A stretch of 64,000 nucleotides of DNA from Octopus sinensis (Eukaryota). The position numbers and the translations under genes were made by a program. Below are positions 38,861-52,558 of the stretch, piece by piece. Below the pieces are notes generated by a model. It was not told the origin of the DNA. It made no database searches and saw nothing but the letters and a program-made list of their open reading frames with translations. The DNA lies in NCBI RefSeq assembly GCF_006345805.1, contig NC_043013.1, positions 55,366,001 through 55,430,000 on the forward strand, written 5' to 3'. Within the stretch, counting starts at the first letter, position 1. Every line of letters begins with the position of its first letter.

Positions 38861-39893
38861 TAGTAGTAGTACCACATGGTTCCAAGACAATCTGGAACCA
38901 CATGGTTGGGAAGCAATCATCTTACTCCATAGCCGTACCGGTGAATTTTTTCTTGTAATTGAACCTAATGCTTCGATAATAACTGGTATAATTCTCACTT
39001 TGCAGATGGGTCTCCCTCTGTTCTTGGTAGTTTTGCTTTTAAATCAACAAATTTCAAGATATTTTCTATTTTCTGTGCAATGTTTTTAATTGAAAGGATC
39101 ATAGTATCTGTCATGAGACATTCTGGTATTTTTAAACATTTTTATTTTTTTGTTATATATAATGATATCCAGAACTGTATTTCATAAAAAGCAATCATTT
39201 TATACCATAATAAGTTATCACAGCAGAAGTACGCCTTCATTTCTTGCAACAATTGCAACTCATTATTCACAGAGCACAAAAAAGAAAATATATTTTTTTA
39301 AATGTCTGACTGGATTCAAACTCATTATTCCAAGCTATTATTTCAGCACCTGTATTGGTTTTTCAATTATTGTTTTGATTCAGGAGAAATCTTATGAGAA
39401 TGAACTTAGTTGACCATATTATAGAATATTGTCATAACAATAAAGTGTCATTAATCAATCACAGACAAATAAGCTGGGTTGTATGCAACAATTTCAGATT
39501 AAAAGAAACCAGTTATATGTAGAATGAACAAAACTGAATACAAGCCAAGGTATAAGTCTCTATGCAGCTGCTCAACCTGCTAGAAATAACAGCAAATCTT
39601 TACCTATTAAAAAAGAATAAAGACATATTTGAGAATTTAGTAAGGATTATAGTAAAGAAAAGGATAAAAAGGTATAATGGAAGTTGGAATTCCTTTGATA
39701 ATAGGTCTGCTCAGTTAGATCTAGCTTGGAATAAACTACCAGAAGAGAATTGATAGACAAGGAAATAAAAAAAAAAAAAAAGAATCAAAGAATATCTGTA
39801 GAAAAGTATTTACTTAACTGCCACAAATGTTTGGAACTGGCAATAATTTGTAAAATTTGTACCAGAATTTTACTAAACTGTTTTAAAGAAAGG

Positions 39894-39928
<35 letters not shown>

Positions 39929-40033
39929 TGTGTGTGTGTGTGTGTGTGTGAGTCGAGGCTGATCCAAGACTCAGCTGGTACTCATCTCAGACGAGTAGAC
40001 ATTAAATGAAGTGTCTCCCTCAAGGAAATTAAA

Positions 40034-40448
40034 GGCGATGAGCTGGCAGAAACGTTAGCACACCGGGCGAAATGCTTAGCGGTATTTCGTCTGCTGCTGC
40101 ATTCTGAGTTCAAATTCTGCTGAGGTTGACTTTGCCTTTCATCCTTTCGGGGTCGATAAATTAAGTACCAGTTATGCACTGGGGTCAATATAATCGACTC
40201 AATCCATTTGTCTGTGCTTGTTTGTCCCTTCTATGTTTAGCCTCTTGTGGGTAGTAAAGAAATAGGTATTTCGTCTGCTGTTGCATTCTGAGTTCAAATT
40301 CTGCCAAAGTCGACTTTGCCTTTCATCCTTTCAGGGTCAATTAAATAAGTATCATTTATGCACGGGGGTCGATATAATCGACTCAATCCATTTGTCTGTC
40401 CTTGTTTGTCCCCTCTGTGTGTAGCCTCTTGTGAGCAGTAAAGAAATA
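40034..40448 (+). mobile_element. SINE family A head-to-tail dimer
   Basis: Full unit 40034-40264 plus a headless unit 40265-40448. Flanked by AAGGAAAT direct repeats. Confidence 0.9.
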
Positions 40449-41839
40449 AGGAAATAACATCCTGCCCAATCAAGGAATCAAAACCACAAACTTATGATGA
40501 TGAATCCAACACTCTAACCACGCAGCCACCAAATGCTTATAAATGTTTCTCAACTCAAACACAATCTAATTCAACAGCTGACCAGCCCATACATTGCATC
40601 AATAATTACACAGTTAATTAGCAATAGTCTTAAACACTAGGTCCTTTAGAACTTTGTCTTTGAAGAGAATCTAGTTCCTTGTTTCAACATTCTAACTCAT
40701 TCAATCAGTATTCTGTGGCGACATCTTTTGGTGTTGTTAAGCCAAAATTTTTGGCAGAGTTGTTAGAACACCAGACAAAATGCTTAGCTTCATTTCGTCT
40801 GTGTTTATGTTCTGAGTTCAAATTCCACTGGGGTCAACTTTGCCTTTCATGCTCTCAGGGGCAATGAAACGAATAGCAGTTGAGGAGTGGGGTCGATGTA
40901 ATTGACTTACCCCCACCCACCGCCCTGATATTGCTGGCCTTGAGCCATGATTTGAAACCAGTAATTTGGGGATTATTTAGTTTGAGATCAGCTCTGTTCA
41001 AATGCATTCTGATCATAGCAATTTCTTTCTCTGTTTCAAACATAGATGCAAACATGGCTGTGTGATTAATTGACCATTGATCTATGCCAATATTCAACTA
41101 ACTAGCATAGCAAGGAGAGAGCCAAAACCTCTTCTCAACCAGGGTGGGCAGCTAATGGAATGAGGTACACTGGTTGAGGTTCATTGACAACACTATATTA
41201 CTTCCAACAAGCACACACACACACACAGACACACACACAGACACACACACAGACACACACACATACACTACTTCTCATTCACTCAACCCACATTCCAAAA
41301 AAGGGGTTAACACAAAAGAAAAAAGAAATTTAACAGTCCAGCAATCACACAAAATTTTCTCAGTATATTCTCCTCCTTCTCCTCTTCACACTCCTCCTCC
41401 TCCTCAAACTCGTCATCATTGTCGTCATCATCATCTTCATGAATACCATTTTACATTGTGGTGAGCAAATAGCAGAGTTGTTAGAATGTGAGATAGAATG
41501 TCTCATGATATTTGTTCTGACTCTTGGCACTCTAAGTTCTAATCCTCTTTACTTTTTCAACTTTACAAGGTTGATAAAAAATGTGACAATCCAAAATGAT
41601 GGATTGGCAGAACCATTAGACAACTGGGCAAGATTTCTAAGAGCATCTGTTCTAGCTGTTGGTCTTCTCACAACATCTGCAATGAAACTAGTTCCAAATT
41701 GCATTGGCCCAAGTTGGTGGTGTTTCGCTTGACTAGATATTAGTGTGGAATTGATTGAGAGACTTGCATGCATGAGCTGTTGCCCATCTTACTGAAAAAG
41801 TGTTTCCTGGGTATGCCCATACACTGGAAGATGCATGCT

Positions 41840-42048
41840 CAGCATGTCAGGTGAAATACTTAGCATTATTTCATCTGCCCTTAGGTTCTGAGTTCAAATT
41901 GTACCGAGGTTGACTTCACCTTTCATCTTTTCGGGGTCGATTAAATAAGTACCAGTTATGCACTGGAGTTGACGTAATTGATTTAATCCCTTTCTCTGTC
42001 CTTGTTTGTCCCCTTTATATTTAGCCCCCTGAAGGCGATAAAGAAATA
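41840..42048 (+). mobile_element. SINE family A, 5'-damaged
   Basis: Core and ...AAAGAAATA tail present. Confidence 0.8.
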
Positions 42049-42545
42049 ACAGATTATTGAGATTGGTTATCACTTGGTGTCTGGTCTTCTATTTGATGAG
42101 TCTTAGGGCATTTCACCATTCATGGTGGTTCTTTGCCATTTGACTCAGACAAAAAGAAAAACACAACAACCAGCCTTACCATTATTTGTCATTTCTTTCA
42201 GCATCAATTCTTTCTTGACTTGACGCTCTTCCCATCACCAGCCAGTTTACATTATTGACTGGATGTAATAGCATTAGATTACTCTGTTTGGTGTATCATG
42301 ATAGCAAATACATAATTGGCTGGTATTAACTTTCTCTAAAATACATAAACTACAAGATAGGAATATCTAAAAATGAATGGAAATATATGTTCATAATCAG
42401 CATAATATTTTTACAAGTCGTTTTACATTTTAAGGTTATTTTGTGAATATATTCATATCCATTGTACCATTAATATTTATATAGAAATATCAGTTTTTTT
42501 TAATACCTTCAATGCACATGATGAATTTAATGCATGCTTGTATAC

Positions 42546-42577
<32 letters not shown>

Positions 42578-43345
42578 TGGAATGTTTGGAGATGATGTAC
42601 AGGTCTTTTTGTATTGGAAGAAATGAGGTACTCAGAAAATCGGATGGTTTATATTTACAGATATTTATTTGTATATTACATTTTTTATACATCATATAAC
42701 CTAGATCATGTATTAGCGCTTTCTCCCATTCTAGTGGGGTTTTCAAATCAAACTAAGTTCCTGGCTGAAGAGTTTGGACCATTTTATAGTGGTACTGAGT
42801 TTGTAGTGGTGGGGAGGAATATATGACAGTACAAGAGGGTGATGGATGAGGAGAAACTGAGAGAGAGCATGTGTGTATGTGTGTGTGCGCGTGTGTGTGT
42901 GATTTTGTATTTGGAATAAGTGTTAAAGAAAAAGAGGGGAAGGGAAAGAGAAGAAGAAGAAAATAATTTTTTTGCTCTGTTGGACAGGATGCTTACTCCA
43001 AATGGGGGGGGGGGGAGCTAAGATCTTGGGGAAAAAAGAATTTCAGTTTTGACCATTTCATAGTGTTATTGAGTGTGTGGTGGCGGGAGGTAGACCATAA
43101 ATTATGTTTCTTTTTATCATTGTGAGAGAGTGTGTGTGTGTGTGTGTGTGTGTTTAATGAGGGATGGTCAAATGGTTTTTGGGGTTTAGAGAAGAATTCT
43201 TTTTATGATTGTTTTGTGGAGGTGTGTGTGTGTCTGTGTGTGTGCGTATGTGTGTGTGTGTGGGTGTCTGTGAGTTTGGAGAAGGGAAGAGAGGAGAAAA
43301 GAAAAAAAAAGGATGAAGGAGAAATAATTCTGTTGATATTTATAC

Positions 43346-43392
<47 letters not shown>

Positions 43393-43558
43393 TAGAAAAA
43401 AAAACACCTTTTATCAATTCAAAATGAACAATTAAATTACAGCATCTAGAAAATTGCATATCATAGAAAAGTTAAAATAAAAATGACAATTAAAAAGTAA
43501 ATATTAAATAAATTACAAAAATAATATAATGTATATAATAGGTAATATAGATATATAT

Positions 43559-43781
43559 CTGCTGGCAGAATCGTTAGCATGTCGGGCGAAATGCTTAGCA
43601 GTATTTCGTCTGCCGTTACGTTCTGAGTTCAAATTCCGCCGAGGCCGACTTTGCCTTTCATCCTTTCGGGGTTGATAAATTAAGTACCAGTTACGCACTG
43701 GAGTCGATGTAACAGACTTAAGCCCTTTGTCTGTCCTTGTTTGTCCCCTCTGTGTTTAGCCCCCCTGTGGGCAATAAAGAA
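43559..43781 (+). mobile_element. SINE family A
   Basis: Near-consensus copy. Confidence 0.9.
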
Positions 43782-43799
43782 ATATATATATATATATAA

Positions 43800-44096
43800 A
43801 AAATTTCAAACTTACATGCGAAGGCTATTCCAACATTTCAGCTGGCTAAAACAAGAATTATGGGACGGCTCTTGTTCCGGTCAAAATAGCCAGAGAGGCG
43901 TGATATGCGGTCTTAGAACAGCATGACACGCCAAACTGAATTTGTCGAATCGCTGAGAGAGAAGGGGGTGACCATTCCTCGTAGCATATCTTTTAAACAA
44001 AGAAAGAGGAAGAAGGGACAAACTATCAAAGACAGAGAGAAGGGGACTCATGCTGTCTTCTCAACGCATGACAAACGATAAATTTATCGAGTCACT

Positions 44097-44138
<42 letters not shown>

Positions 44139-44311
44139 GGACAAACTAATACAGACAGAGAGGGAGTGTGTATCATGCGATCTTCTAAAAGCATTTATCA
44201 AAGCAGATGTACGAAGTGGAGACAATATTTCTAAAACAACTGGACGTATTTTCTTTGAAAGAAAGAAGGCATGCAGCGCATACCTTGCATTGCTGAGAGT
44301 GCACGCCCCTG
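43800..44311 (-). mobile_element. Probable DNA-transposon terminus (hAT-like); only one end visible
   Basis: Minus strand starts CAGGGGCGTGCAC next to (TA)n. CpG-richer than the flanks. Confidence 0.4.
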
Positions 44312-44678
44312 ATATATATATATATATATACACACATATACTAAATGCTCCACTATATTAAATTGTAAATTGAAAGATTTGTCCTTCAATGTATGATGAG
44401 TAAAATTTCATAAAGTCCATACTTGAAAAAGAGACTCTCCTGTGTTGAAGTTACAAATGATAGAATACAAACTGACAACCACGGAGTCTGTTGTCTGATC
44501 TTCAATTGATTTAGTCTAATATCTCACTGATTGACAGTTAAATAAATATTAAGTTTTATCATACAGGAGCAACTGGTTCCACAAGTTAAAGTGAAATGGT
44601 TTCATTCAAATATTAGGATAGCCTTTGTTCAATGTTGTATTTTCAAAAACCAAAACATATGTGTAGGACTCTGTGTGT

Positions 44679-44741
<63 letters not shown>

Positions 44742-44744
<3 letters not shown>

Positions 44745-45180
44745 AATACAGTTTACTTAGCAAATTTGGTCCTTCATCTGGTACAGCTTATTATAGAGAT
44801 ATTTTCAGCCATTCAATTTGGGGGAGAACTTAGCTATGAAATATTTTCCCATATTCCTTCTGAAGGAGGTGTCGTTCTTTGGACATTTGTAGAAGGGAAA
44901 GATCTTAAATTTTCCTTCTCCACATGTAGCTAGGTGTGTACTTTGTGGTATCTTGCGTAGTTCTTCCTGCCGAATATGTTGTCGGTGAATCCTGGCTCGC
45001 TGGCACAAAGAATTTCCAGTTTCACCTATGTAATCCTCCTTGCACGTGGGGCAGGTTATGCAGTATATTACATTCTGCATCTTGCAGTTCATATCTGCAT
45101 TTACTTTAAATATGTGACCACTTCTAAATTTCATCTCTTTGCCTCCCTCTATGTATTTGTAGGTGGGGTTGCTGCAGATC
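44742..45180 (-). mobile_element. Penelope-like element (Neptune-type) GIY-YIG endonuclease fragment
   Basis: ORF 44805..45326 has NCKMQNVIYCITCPTCKEDYIGETGNSLCQRARIHRQHI...STHL...KFSPKLN (GIY-CxxC-YIG, R, H..H, PxLN). The 3' end is in (CA)n. Confidence 0.88.
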
Positions 45181-45824
45181 CCACATTTACCAGAAATAGA
45201 ACTCGTTAAGCTTAGAGCGCTAAGCAATGAACAGAAATTTAAAAACATCGATGAGGAAATCTGCAACGAGAGAAACATTCTCAGATGGTGAACGCTTCGA
45301 AAGTTTTTAGAAACTGTGGGAAACAACTTGCGAAGCTGAAGAGACCAACTCCCTGCAATGCCGGGAAAGACAAGCCAATTTCTTTATTAACTACGAAACA
45401 CAGTTCACCATAGAAAACACATCGGCTAACCTCTTCCTGAAGAAAAATAAACCAAAAACATAACACAGAAATGACCCCACGCTTATCAAACACAAGCCAC
45501 AGACAGTCTAGGGAACACAACTCCACCGACCTGACCTCTCTTACATCCCAAAATAACTTTCAAACAACAAATAGAAAATCCAGACGTAATCCTCAAGGCA
45601 TCCAACATACACTCAGATGAAGAGTATGGGTTGAGAGGCAAAGCCCTTGTGACCCTCAGGCACATGCTGATGACAGAGACATGTTTCTGGCATTGGGTTG
45701 GTTTTAATCAGTCACCAGCAGAGGAAGATTATGCCTTCCCTCAAAGCAGCCTCACTGTTTCTGCATGGGGCAAAGCATCTCTGATGTATACTTCACCTAT
45801 GTGCATATATATTATTTATATATA

Positions 45825-45986
45825 CAGGTGCAGGTTTTGCAGTGTGATAAGAAGCTTGCTTCCCAGCCACCTGGTTCCAGGTTCAGTTCCACTGTGTAGC
45901 ACCTTGGGCAAGTGTCTTCTGCTATAGCCTTGGGCTAACAAAACCCTTGAGAGTGAATTTGGCAGACAGAAACAGAAAGAAGCCTG

Positions 45987-46034
<48 letters not shown>

Positions 46035-46240
46035 TTGTGTGTCTGTGTTTGTCTTCCCACTATTGCTTGACAACCGATGTTGGTGTGTTTATGTCCCTAT
46101 AACTAAGCCGTTCAGCAAAAGAGATCAATAGACTGAGTACTAGGCTTACAAAGATTAAGTCCTGGGGTCGATTTGTTTGACTAAAGGTGGTGCTCCAGCA
46201 TGGCTGCAGTCAAATGACTGAAACAAGTAAAAGATAAAAG
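45825..46240 (+). mobile_element. SINE family B, full length
   Basis: Co-linear with the reverse complement of 8218-8624. Confidence 0.88.
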
Positions 46241-47183
46241 AATATATGTAGAAAGTGAGAGAAAGAGAGAGAGAGGGAGAGAGAGAGAGATGGCAATGAT
46301 GACGATGATGATGATGATAATGACGACAACAATGACAATGATGGTGATGATGATGATGATGATGATGTAATGTCGATGGAGTTTGCTGAACAACAGCAGA
46401 ATTCTTCTGACTTTTACCAGAATCATACATATCTAAGAATGTTTCAATGTTTTTGGAGAACTGAATCAATGCAGCTCTCATTTTATATCCAAACATGAAA
46501 TTATAAGATAAAAGACACAACAGAAATATTCAAACATGGAGGCAAAATAATATTTCAGTGAGAATAAGGAAGAATCGGAAGCTTAAATAACTCATGTCAG
46601 CTTTCTTGAGGAAACCAGCAAAAATGGAGCCAAAATTCTATCATTGCATAGATTCCTCTAAAGATGTGGAAATAGCAATTGTTGTGGAATACAAGTGACA
46701 TTTCAGCTCTTATGAAAAATTGATAAACCATTTCTAAGTACGAGGTATTCTTCCTAACTATTATGTTGCTATCTAACGTAATTTTAGGCTTCTATTTGAT
46801 CTGTTTTCGTACGGAAGATCAAGACAAATGTTTGAAGTATAAAATAGAAAAAAAAGAAAAACAAAGAAAAGAAAACAGAAGAAAAACAATAAAAGAAAAA
46901 CCAGTAACAATTGGCTGTGATGAGGAACATTGAAAAATATTTGAATACTTAATAAAGTAATCTCCAAGAAGAAAAATTCCAGATACCAAAATAAGAGAAA
47001 AGCTGGTTATTGTGTTGCCTTTTTTTCCTTTTTTTTATGAGTGTGTGTGTTATCAATGACAGCCTATCACGTCATCTGCAACATTTTCTGGTAATTTCAA
47101 GATGAAAATAAACGAATAAATAAAATTAGGAAGCAAATACAAAACAAAGAAAAATGCAAGATATCAATTGAGATGATTAGGTT

Positions 47184-47224
<41 letters not shown>

Positions 47225-47524
47225 CTAAATGAATGAAAGAGCTATCATGATACTAAAGTAATACTGAAGTTAACTAAACAGCTACTTAAAAGACATTTGG
47301 AGAGGTGATGCTGGAATATGGTGGGGGTGGTGAGAGATGTGTAAGATGATAAACATAACAAGGGAAATCATCATTACATCATCACTAACGCCATCAACTC
47401 TATCATCATCATCATCATCATCATGCTATAAGAAGAATTCCCCTTCTAAGATACTTACCACAGCGAAAGTATTTCCAGTTTTGACTTTAAAAAAGTATTA
47501 TTATTATTATTATTACTAAATTTA

Positions 47525-48060
47525 AGGCAATGAGCTGGCAGAATTATTAGCATGCTAGGCAAAATGCTTAGAAGCATTTTGTCCGTTTTTTATGTTCTGA
47601 GATCAAATTCCACTGAGGGACACTTCACTGGTCATCCTTTTGGGGGGTTGATAAATTAACTACCAGTTAAACACTGGGATCAATGTAGTCAACTCGGCCC
47701 CTGCCCCATAAGTCTCAGGCCTTGGGCCAATAGTGGAAACGATTATTATTATTATTAGTAGTAGTAAGTTTGTGAGCTGGCAGAATCATTAGCATGCTGG
47801 ACAATGTGCTTACCAGCATTTTGTGTGTTCTTATGCTCCAGGTTCAAATTCTGCTGAGGCTGACTTTGCCTTTCATTCTTTTGAAGCCAATGAAATAAGT
47901 ACCAGCTGAGTATCATGGTTGATTTAATTGAACAAACCCCCCACCACACAAAATTTCAGCCTTGTGCCTACAGTGAAAAGGATTACGCACTGGGGTCGAT
48001 GTAATCCCTCTGTCTCTCCTTGTTTGTCCCCTCTATGTTTAGCCTCTTGTGAGCAATAAA
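47525..48060 (+). mobile_element. Two tandem SINE family A copies separated by (TTA/TAG)n
   Basis: GAGCTGGCAGAAT heads at ~47532 and ~47774, each followed by the core. Confidence 0.8.
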
Positions 48061-48113
48061 ATAAATTATCATTATTATTATTATTATTACTATCATCATC
48101 ATCATCATCATCA

Positions 48114-48147
<34 letters not shown>

Positions 48148-48176
48148 CGATATTATTATTATTATTATCATTATTA

Positions 48177-48225
<49 letters not shown>

Positions 48226-48226
<1 letters not shown>

Positions 48227-48427
48227 TCTTTTTATCACAGGTTTTGTTGGAACTCCTGAAGTCTTGCAGCCTACAGTACCATGCTATCCATCCTTTTCAG
48301 TTCTCTAATACTTTCCTGATTATTCTGGCTATACTAAGGAGGCAAACCTTTTGTAACAGTTCTACTTGGCACTCTATTCCAATTTCCTTTATATTCTTCT
48401 TGATGCCTTCTGATACTGTTCCCAAAT
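48226..48427 (-). mobile_element. R4/Dong-like element 3' end inside a (TAA)n array
   Basis: 48425-48297 reads LGTVSEGIKKNIKEIGIECQVELLQKVCLLSIARIIRKVLEN*. A short 3' UTR is followed by (TAA)n. Confidence 0.8.
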
Positions 48428-48469
48428 TATTATCACTATTATTATTACTATTATTATTATTATTATTAC

Positions 48470-48505
<36 letters not shown>

Positions 48506-48541
48506 TATTATTATTATTACTATTATTATTATTATTATTAC

Positions 48542-48583
<42 letters not shown>

Positions 48584-48615
48584 CATTATTATTATTATCA
48601 TCATCATTATTATTA

Positions 48616-48748
48616 TTTCTAACTCAGGTTTTGTTGGAGCTCCTGGAAACTTGCATGTGTAATGGGCTTGCTACCAGCAGCCCATGGTACCATACTATCT
48701 GTTCTTTTCAACTACCCAATACCTTCCTAATTATTCTGGATATGCCTT
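48616..48748 (-). mobile_element. Second, shorter R4/Dong-like 3' end inside (TAA)n
   Basis: Reads GISRIIRKVLGS*. 3' UTR CAGGAG.TCCAACAAAACCTG is shared with 48226-48427. Confidence 0.75.
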
Positions 48749-48769
48749 ATTATTTTTATTATTATTATG

Positions 48770-49215
48770 CAAGCTGACAGTATTGTCAGAGCATCAGACA
48801 AAATACTTGGCATGATTCCTTCCAAACCCTTATGTTCTGATTTCAAACCCTATTGCAGTCAGCTTTGTCTTTCTCATCCTTTCAGGGTTGAATGAATAAG
48901 TACCTGTTCAGTGCTGGGATTGATATACTTGAATAGCCACCACCCCTGCTCCTTCTAAATTTTAGGCCTTCTGCCTCTAATAGAAACAACGGGGGGGGGG
49001 TGCTGGCAGGATTCTTAGCACATCAGATCAGATGCTTAGGGACATTTCTTCCAGCTCTTTAAGTTCTGAGTTCAAATTTCAGTGAGGTTAGCTTTGCTTT
49101 TCATCCTTTTGGGGTTGATAAAATAAATGCCAGGTGTTGAGCACTGGGGTTCATTTAATCAACCAGTCCCTTCCCTCAACAATTCATTCTTTGTGCCTAT
49201 AACTGAAAGGATTAT
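48770..49215 (+). mobile_element. Two degenerate SINE family A copies
   Basis: CTTTG..TTTCATCCTTT core at ~48862 and ~49092. Confidence 0.7.
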
Positions 49216-49241
49216 TATTGTTGTTGCTGTTGTTGTTGTTA

Positions 49242-49490
49242 GGGGGCACATGGCCTAGTGGTTAGAGAGTAGCACTCACAAATGTGAGATCATGGTTTCA
49301 ATTCCTAGACCGGGCGGTGAATTGTGTTCTTGAGCAGAACACTTCATGTCACATTGCTCTGCAATCACTTCAACACTTGACACGTGGCACACTGTGCACC
49401 GATTCCAGCAGTGAGCTAATGTACAGAAAATACATTTGATCACTAGAAACAAACCATTTGTGCTGGTCGTTCATCAAAAGTTGAATACTT
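49242..49490 (+). mobile_element. tRNA-derived SINE, third family (CORE/Meta-like motif)
   Basis: A-box TGGCCTAGTGG and B-box GGTTTCAATTCC, followed by TTGTGTTCTTGAGCAGAACACTT. Confidence 0.65.
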
Positions 49491-52159
49491 ACATGTTGTC
49501 TTCAATGGGAGGCTCCATCCTTATTATTTTAATTGCTGCTAGATTTAAACTATGACTGGTTTTCAATTTTTTTATGATTATTATTCCTCTACAATATTTC
49601 GTATTTGGATTTGGTTTGCAAGATTCTTTATATGAGTTTGTGTGTTGAATCAAAACTATTGAAAAGGTTGCAAAATGCAACGAAAATTTTAGGAAAATAA
49701 AAATAAGAAAATAGTGGAAAATTTACCGGTGAGTGTGTTATATTATAAGGCACTAAAAGAAAATGACTCTCCCCAGACACAACAGAATTCCTCTACAATA
49801 TTTTTGGTAAAGCTCAGAAGTGAAAACTCATTGATATTACATTTCTAACTGACTTCTCCTTCTAAACCATTTTCTGTAGAATTAAATTAACATCTTAAGA
49901 AGAAAGGCAAATGGGATGGAACATTTTCACAAAAAACCCAAATCCCAAAAACCATTTTCATGTTGAAGGGCTTTGCCGTAAGATCATTATTAGACCAGAG
50001 AAAAATGTTGGAAATATGTGAATAACATTTAATATAGATTTGTGGGATGGCGATGTTTAATGATGACAAGTGGAGAAGAATTGATTTCAATTTCACAATC
50101 TAATTTTGCTGCCACCACTTCTGGCTGCATCTCAGTTTTCATACAAAATTTATTGTTTTATAACAGAAATGGTTTTCTTGGCAAGAAGAAACTGTTTTTA
50201 AATAGTTACTACTTAACCGAGCCATGGCTACTTTAGAGAATGCAAAGCATTTTCAAATCAATAGTTACGCATTTCACTCTTTCATTTATATGAAATAAAT
50301 CATATTATTTTGAACAGATTTAGAATATTTCATAGATTGCAGAGTGGTTGAATAGCTTCTATCATTGGTCATTATAAAGGATATTCAATGCTCATAGACA
50401 GAATTCTCTGAGAAAATCAAACGGGAATATCCTAAGACTACAGTAAGATACTCAACAGGAGTTATAAATGAGTTCTTTGTTTGTTAAACTATCATTTCTT
50501 CCTAAGCTGTCCATAAGCTTACATTCTATGGAGAGAAAATGATATTAATAAGTGAGAGAGGTTAGAAAACACCAAACAGAATATGAATAAAGTTGTAGAA
50601 GAGGTTTAGCTAAATGGGAAAAAGGGAGGAGCAAACTTTACAACCAGCTAATATGGGGAGATGGGCGGAGGGGGGGTAGATTAAATTTGTCGAATATCTA
50701 ATCTAAAATAGGAAGCATTGATTTAAGTACTTATTAAGATGTTGGTCATCTCAGCAGAATTCATTTAGTCATAAATTGAAAAGATGATCTCTAGCAAATA
50801 CCCATTAATACATTGAATAGTACTAGATCTTGTGGTATTAACTCTGTTAGCCCTGGTTAAGGGTACATAACTCATGCCCGGACCCTGATCCCCCCACAAT
50901 TAGTTCTCTTTAAATTCCTTTCAATGCACAGAAAGAGATCTTTTGAAAGCACTTTTGAAAACTTAGGACCTTCCTGAAAATTTACAGGTCTTCAATGTAA
51001 TTCCAGTCTTGCACTTTGGTGTGCTACCGGTCTACATTTTATAGAGGTTAATTCACTTCCATTTTGTGAAATACAAACATCTCCATCTGTTTTGTCATCA
51101 GCTGCAAGCTTCTATATTCTCATCAACTAATCCTAAATTTTATTTGGGATTATATTTGATCAAATTCTTGGTTCCTGAAGCTTTGAATATTTTATGACCT
51201 TGCCTTGTCATTCCAGATGAGGCCCACTCAAGTGATCTTAGCTTCATAGTAAACAAAAAAAAATCAGAAAAAATTTTCTAAAGAACACTGAGTAGACATT
51301 TTGTAAACAAATTAACACTTCTTTGAGGAGAAATCTTTGTTCTGATTGGCTGATTTATTTTTAGCCTGAGTTGGTTTAAGAATAGGTTTCTCCATTCATA
51401 TTGTATTGGTAATTTGGCAGATTGTCATGGTTGAAAATTCCTTGTATAACAAGGATATACAAGTCTGGTAGGATAAGCTTTGGGAGGATTAAAGGGAAAC
51501 AGTCCATCTCAATAGGATTTGAATTCAGAATATAAAGTGATATAACCAGCAGAAATTTTGTTCAACATGCTAATGAGTTTGCTCATCAGTCAGGTACAAG
51601 TTCAAATAGTAGCATACCTGTCTGATAATAAACAATTTCCCTTGTTCATTGTCAGACAGTTATTGTCATGGTTGATTTGTTGGAATGGTATTCAGGGGTA
51701 AAAGCAATAACAGTCATGTAAAAATAGAAAACCAGATGTAATGCAGTCCTATCTCATATCCAATAGAAGGGGTTTTGTTTTTGTCTTTATTTCCTTTCTA
51801 TTCTTCAACGATCTATATAAATATCTGCATGTTTGTTCGCCTGTTATACATTGGTTAGTTAGAGAGATGGAGTAAGAGTGAGAGAGAGAGAGAGGCAGAG
51901 AGGGAGGAGTGAAGAAAGAAGAGAAGAAGTAGAAACAGGTGATTAATATTAATACAAAGACCAAATGGCAAAGAAGAAGAGAAAAAGAGGGAAAGAGAAG
52001 TGTTAAGGACGTGTGGTGGGGGTGGGAAGGAATACTTACTATGTAGTTAAAAAGTTAGCTGAAGAAGGAAAGGCAGAGAGAGATGGAGAGGGGAGGCAGT
52101 TATATTGAGTGAGGGGGTTGGCAGATAACAGTAGTGGTGGTGTGTTGCTATTGAATACT

Positions 52160-52558
52160 CTTTTACTTGTTTCAGTCATGTGACTGCAGCCATGCTGGAG
52201 CACCGTCTTTAGTCGAGCAAATCGACACCAGGACTTATTCTTTGTAAGCCTAGTACTTAATCTATCGGTCTCTTTTGCTGAACCGCTAAGTTATGGGGAA
52301 GCAAACACACCAACATCGGTTGTCAAGCGATGTTGAGGGACAAACACAGACACACAAACACATGCACACACATATATATACATATACACATATACGATGA
52401 GCTTCTTTCAGTTTCTGTCTACCAAATCCACTAACAAGGCTTTGGTCAGCCTGAGGCTATAGTAGAAGACAATTGCGCAAGGTGCCACGCAGTGGGACTG
52501 AACCCAGAACCATGTGGTTGGTAAGCAAGCTACTTACCACACAGCCACTCCTGTGCCT
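52160..52558 (-). mobile_element. SINE family B, full length
   Basis: Co-linear with 8218-8624. Confidence 0.9.

Noticed and set aside
47924-48777. Poly-N/Y/I/L ORFs up to 242 aa (also 31396-31655 and 20417-20605)
   Set aside because: Translations of trinucleotide repeats.
49242-49315. Possible tRNA gene
   Set aside because: A and B boxes are present, but there is no proper acceptor stem and it continues into a SINE body.
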